Below the pieces are notes generated by a model. The model did not search any database, was not told the origin of the DNA, and saw only the letters and a list, made by a program, of their open reading frames with translations. A DNA stretch of 51,141 bases from Desulfobacterales bacterium (GTDB lineage: Bacteria; Desulfobacterota; Desulfobacteria; Desulfobacterales; G020354645). The translations under genes were made by a program, and so were the position numbers. The stretch covers positions 1 to 51,141 of the forward strand of contig JASFTQ010000002.1 in the NCBI GenBank assembly GCA_050053515.1, written 5' to 3'. Of this stretch, positions 47,786-51,141 are shown piece by piece (position 1 is the first letter of the stretch; each line of letters begins with the position of its first letter).

Positions 47786-48676
47786 ATGAAAAAGCTCAAA
47801 GGTGTGATTCCTGCTCTGATTATGCCATTCAAGGAAAATGGAGAAATCAACGAAGCTTCGCTTAAAGAATTTATTGAATTTTTAATCGATAAAAAGGTCA
47901 ATGGCTTTTATACCTTGGGAACCTTTGGCTGTGGTCCGCTATTGAGTTCAGCAGAACGCAAAAAAGCAACGGAGCTCATTGTAGAGTATGTAGCCGGTCG
48001 TATTCCAATTATTACCCACGTGGGCACTACAACAGCCGGGGCCTCTGTTGAGTTGGCCAAGCATGCTGAAAAAACCGGAGTTGATGTTGTCGCTGCCGTG
48101 CCGCCTTATTATTATAACCACCCTGACGAGGTGGTGGTCAATTACTATCAACAATTACTCGATGCCGTATCCATTCCGGTATTTGCTTACAATAATCCCC
48201 CGCAGGTCGGATATAGTATTTCCCCTCCTGTGCTGGGGAGATTGGCTGAAATGGGTCTAGCCGGCGTAAAAGATAGCAGTTTTGATATCAAAGTATTCGT
48301 ACATTATATGAATTCGGTTAAACAAAAGGATTTTCAATTTATCATCGGGACAGTACCTCTTTTCTATGCCGCCCTGGCTCAGGGTGCCGTGGCCGGTGTT
48401 GGGGGCCCGGCCAATGTTTTTCCCGAGGTCCAGCTGGAACTTTACGCTGAATTTCAAAAAGGAAACTTAGTCAGATGTGCTGAGTTGCAAAAGAAATTGG
48501 CGCGGCTGGTCGCGATTCAGGGAATTGGCGGCGTGCCCTTCACAACGTTGATCGATATGTATGAAATGCGGACCGGCAAGACGTTTGGTTTTCCCCACGA
48601 GCCGATGTTGCGCTGCACGCCGGCAGTCAGGGAGCAAGTCAGGCAGGCGCTCATCTCAGAAGGTTTGCTTGATTAG
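47786..48676 (+). CDS. DHDPS/N-acetylneuraminate lyase-family class I aldolase
   Basis: GVIPALIMPF, PPYYY, AYNNP, GVKDSS (Schiff-base Lys); GTFGC in place of GTTGE; start behind AAGGAG. Confidence 0.88.
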   Translation: MKKLKGVIPALIMPFKENGEINEASLKEFIEFLIDKKVNGFYTLGTFGCGPLLSSAERKKATELIVEYVAGRIPIITHVGTTTAGASVELAKHAEKTGVDVVAAVPPYYYNHPDEVVVNYYQQLLDAVSIPVFAYNNPPQVGYSISPPVLGRLAEMGLAGVKDSSFDIKVFVHYMNSVKQKDFQFIIGTVPLFYAALAQGAVAGVGGPANVFPEVQLELYAEFQKGNLVRCAELQKKLARLVAIQGIGGVPFTTLIDMYEMRTGKTFGFPHEPMLRCTPAVREQVRQALISEGLLD

Positions 48677-48748
48677 GTTGGCTTGGTTTTCTCGAACCTG
48701 GCACCGGAAAATTCTTTAATTTCAGTTTAAAAAAATTTTATAGCTCTT

Positions 48749-49222
48749 ATGGAAAAACTCAGCGACTTTATCGACAAAGTTACCTTAACGACGGCATCAG
48801 TTCTTTTAGTAATTATCGCGGTTATCGTTAATTGGGGGGTCTTCTGCAGGTATGTTTTGTTTGCTCCCCTGCCCTGGTCTGAACAAATACCCAAATATGC
48901 CATGATTTGGATGGGTTTTCTTGGGGCCAGTGTGGGGATCTCGAGAAGCCGTCATATCGGCTTTGACATATTGGTTACACGATTGCCTTCGATGATGAGA
49001 AAAACCATCACTTTCGCGGGTCATATAATTGTTTTATTTTTCTTAGTTATGATGACGATTTATGGCGTATCTTTTGCTTTTGCAGTCGGTTTTAGTTCAA
49101 AGGCGCCCATGCTGCCAATTCCCATGTTTTATCTTTTTTTAGCGGTTCCGGTCGGAGGTGTATTCATGATCCTGCAGGCGGTCATAAGGATCTTTTTAGA
49201 TCTAAAAAAATTCAACCATTGA
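48749..49222 (+). CDS. dctQ: TRAP transporter small permease
   Basis: RYVLFAPLPWSEQ, WMGFLGAS, HIGFD. Confidence 0.9.
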   Translation: MEKLSDFIDKVTLTTASVLLVIIAVIVNWGVFCRYVLFAPLPWSEQIPKYAMIWMGFLGASVGISRSRHIGFDILVTRLPSMMRKTITFAGHIIVLFFLVMMTIYGVSFAFAVGFSSKAPMLPIPMFYLFLAVPVGGVFMILQAVIRIFLDLKKFNH

Positions 49223-49286
49223 AATCATTTTCCCTGTGCCTAAATCATTTCTGAAATACGGTTATTACAAAATTTAACGTGCTCCT

Positions 49287-50573
49287 ATGGTCAATTTCAT
49301 AAGTATTGTCTTCGTTATATTGCTTCTGGCGGGAATTCCCATATGTTTTGTTTTAGGGGCCACGACACTTTTTAGCTTCCTGCATGCAAATGGCTTGCAG
49401 TTTATGCCCATGCTTGCGCAGCGGATATTCGCCGGAATGGACATGTACGTGCTATTAGCAATTCCACTGTTTATTTTGGCAGGACAGATTATGGGTGAGG
49501 CCGGTTTGACTGACAGTATTGTTGAATTTTCCGGTGCGATCTTAGGAAGACTTCGTGGCGGTCTCGGCTATGTCAACGTGTCGGCAAGCGTCTTTTTTGG
49601 CGGAATTAGCGGTGCTCCCATCGCTGATGTTGCCAGTATCGGGTCAATTATGATTCCGGCCATGCAAAAACAGGGTTATGATCTCGAATTCAGTGCGGCC
49701 ATTACGGCCGCTTCATCCATTATCGGCGCAATGATCCCCCCCAGCATTCTTATGATTATCTATGCTTCGGTAATGAATATGTCGGTGGCCGCAATGTTTG
49801 CCGGCGGGATCATACCCGGACTTTTCGTGGCCATTATTTTGATGGGACTCTGCACCTATTACTCCAAGAAACGATCTTATCCGAAACGGGAAGATAAAAT
49901 ATCTTTTAACGAATTTATAACCATCTGTAAAACTGCCATCATACCCCTGACAATGCCGTTTATCATTATCGGCGGAATACTAACCGGTATATTCAGCCCC
50001 ACGGAGGCTGCCGGAGTGGCTGCGGCATATGGGTTTTTGGCGGGACTTTTAATGCGGACGCTCACGTTTTCAAAGATAAAAGTCCTCCTAATCAATACGG
50101 TTATCACCTCTTCTGCGATTTTATTTCTTATTGCCACCGCAAAAACATTAAGCTGGCTGTTGACAATGGAGATGATACCTCAAACTATCGCCAGCTTATT
50201 CTCGCGGGTGACGACCAATCCGTATTTTTTTCTTTTTCTGGTAAATATGCTTCTTTTTATTGTTGGCATGCTAATGGACCCCGGAGTGGCAATTATTATT
50301 CTCGGTCCAGTTTTAGCTCCCACCGCAGTTCAATTGGGAATATCTCCTCTTCATTTCGCTTTAATTATGACCATTAATCTCATTGTCGGACTGGTGACAC
50401 CGCCCTTAGGATTTGCGCTCTATACGACCTGCAGCATTGCCGATATTTCCTTGGAACGTTTGACCAAAAGCCTGATGCCATTTGTCGCTGTGGAGGTAGG
50501 ATTCGTTTTCTTGGTGACATACTTTCCGCCTATTACCCTGTTTATTCCGAAACTGCTAGGGTTGGCGGTGTAG
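49287..50573 (+). CDS. dctM: TRAP transporter large permease
   Basis: LAIPLFILAG, FGGISGAPIAD, IPPSI, TPPLG. Confidence 0.93.
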   Translation: MVNFISIVFVILLLAGIPICFVLGATTLFSFLHANGLQFMPMLAQRIFAGMDMYVLLAIPLFILAGQIMGEAGLTDSIVEFSGAILGRLRGGLGYVNVSASVFFGGISGAPIADVASIGSIMIPAMQKQGYDLEFSAAITAASSIIGAMIPPSILMIIYASVMNMSVAAMFAGGIIPGLFVAIILMGLCTYYSKKRSYPKREDKISFNEFITICKTAIIPLTMPFIIIGGILTGIFSPTEAAGVAAAYGFLAGLLMRTLTFSKIKVLLINTVITSSAILFLIATAKTLSWLLTMEMIPQTIASLFSRVTTNPYFFLFLVNMLLFIVGMLMDPGVAIIILGPVLAPTAVQLGISPLHFALIMTINLIVGLVTPPLGFALYTTCSIADISLERLTKSLMPFVAVEVGFVFLVTYFPPITLFIPKLLGLAV

Positions 50574-50617
50574 TTGGTGTTTATGGTTCTTTTTAAAAAA
50601 GACGGGAGGCTGGTTCA

Positions 50618-51141
50618 ATGGGAGAAAACTTTCAATTTCAAATCCCCACCCAGATAAATTTTGGTGAAGAGAGCTTGGAAGAAATAGGTACAAAAATTCT
50701 GAAATACGGCAATCGAGCACTCATTGTTGCCGGGGCCATGGCTAAAAATAGCGGGGCCTTGCAAAGGGTGGTGGACCCCCTTAAGAGCGCAGGAATTGAA
50801 TGTGTTCTTTTTGATCGCGTGGGCGCTCAGCCAAGAATTCAAGAAATAGAGGAAGGGGCTCAAGTCGGCAGAACTGAAAAATGCAGCGTCATAGTGGGAA
50901 TTGGAGGTGAATGCCCGATGGATGCTGCTAAAGTTATAGCGGCCTTGGCGCCGGGGACTGCTACTCTGACCGATTTTTTTGGTGTGGATAAAATTAAAAC
51001 CCAACCCTTGCCTATCGTGGCTGTGCCGTTAACGGCCGGTTCAGGAAGTGAAGTCACCCCTTTATCTGCAATTACCACTGAAAATGATTCTCCTGAAATA
51101 AAAATCGTTGCATCCTCTTTAATTTATCCGACTTTAGCTTT
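50618..51141 (+). CDS. Iron-containing alcohol dehydrogenase family protein (runs off the window end; absent from the ORF track)
   Basis: Manual translation MGENFQFQIPTQINFGEE...VGIGGECPMDAAK...AVPLTAGSGSEVT; RBS GGGAGG. Confidence 0.85.
   Translation, partial: MGENFQFQIPTQINFGEESLEEIGTKILKYGNRALIVAGAMAKNSGALQRVVDPLKSAGIECVLFDRVGAQPRIQEIEEGAQVGRTEKCSVIVGIGGECPMDAAKVIAALAPGTATLTDFFGVDKIKTQPLPIVAVPLTAGSGSEVTPLSAITTENDSPEIKIVASSLIYPTLA

Noticed and set aside
1-51141. CRISPR array, rRNA, tRNA, intact transposase/integrase or defence system
   Set aside because: No regularly spaced repeats, RNA-gene signatures or such ORFs were seen by eye

Overview
A 51-kb bacterial chromosomal segment, most likely from an anaerobic Desulfobacterota (Desulfobacterales-like) genome. 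That assignment is inferred from gene content and repeat style and was not verified. No rRNA, tRNA, CRISPR array or intact transposase was found. The left third (1-18.5 kb) holds housekeeping and signalling genes: SEC-C-fused map, a HAMP-SpoIIE phosphatase, an IMPase, an AT-rich B12 radical SAM gene, a dual-HTH protein, a GNAT, an orphan dnaK, FmdB and PilZ proteins, sppA and an M16 peptidase. These are interspersed with several non-autonomous palindromic elements: a ~300-bp MITE family in 3 copies, two IS200/IS605-like mini-elements and one 122-nt multi-stem element. The rest is dominated by two regulator-controlled catabolic clusters of unknown substrate. Cluster 1 (18.7-30.9 kb) is GntR, Fe-ADH, TRAP, Ldh_2-family dehydrogenase, SDR, epimerase, DUF362, a small hypothetical, AOR-family oxidoreductase and MoaD. 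Cluster 2 (40.7 kb to the window end) is a cytoplasmic sulfatase with its anaerobic maturase, FadR with visible operators, a TTT transporter, a DHDPS-family aldolase with an altered motif, TRAP permeases and an Fe-ADH with an altered nucleotide motif. Three decayed genes are visible: lplA and DUF362 with internal deletions, and a DUF4139 C-terminal remnant. Product calls rest on motif recognition by eye; no database searches were run.
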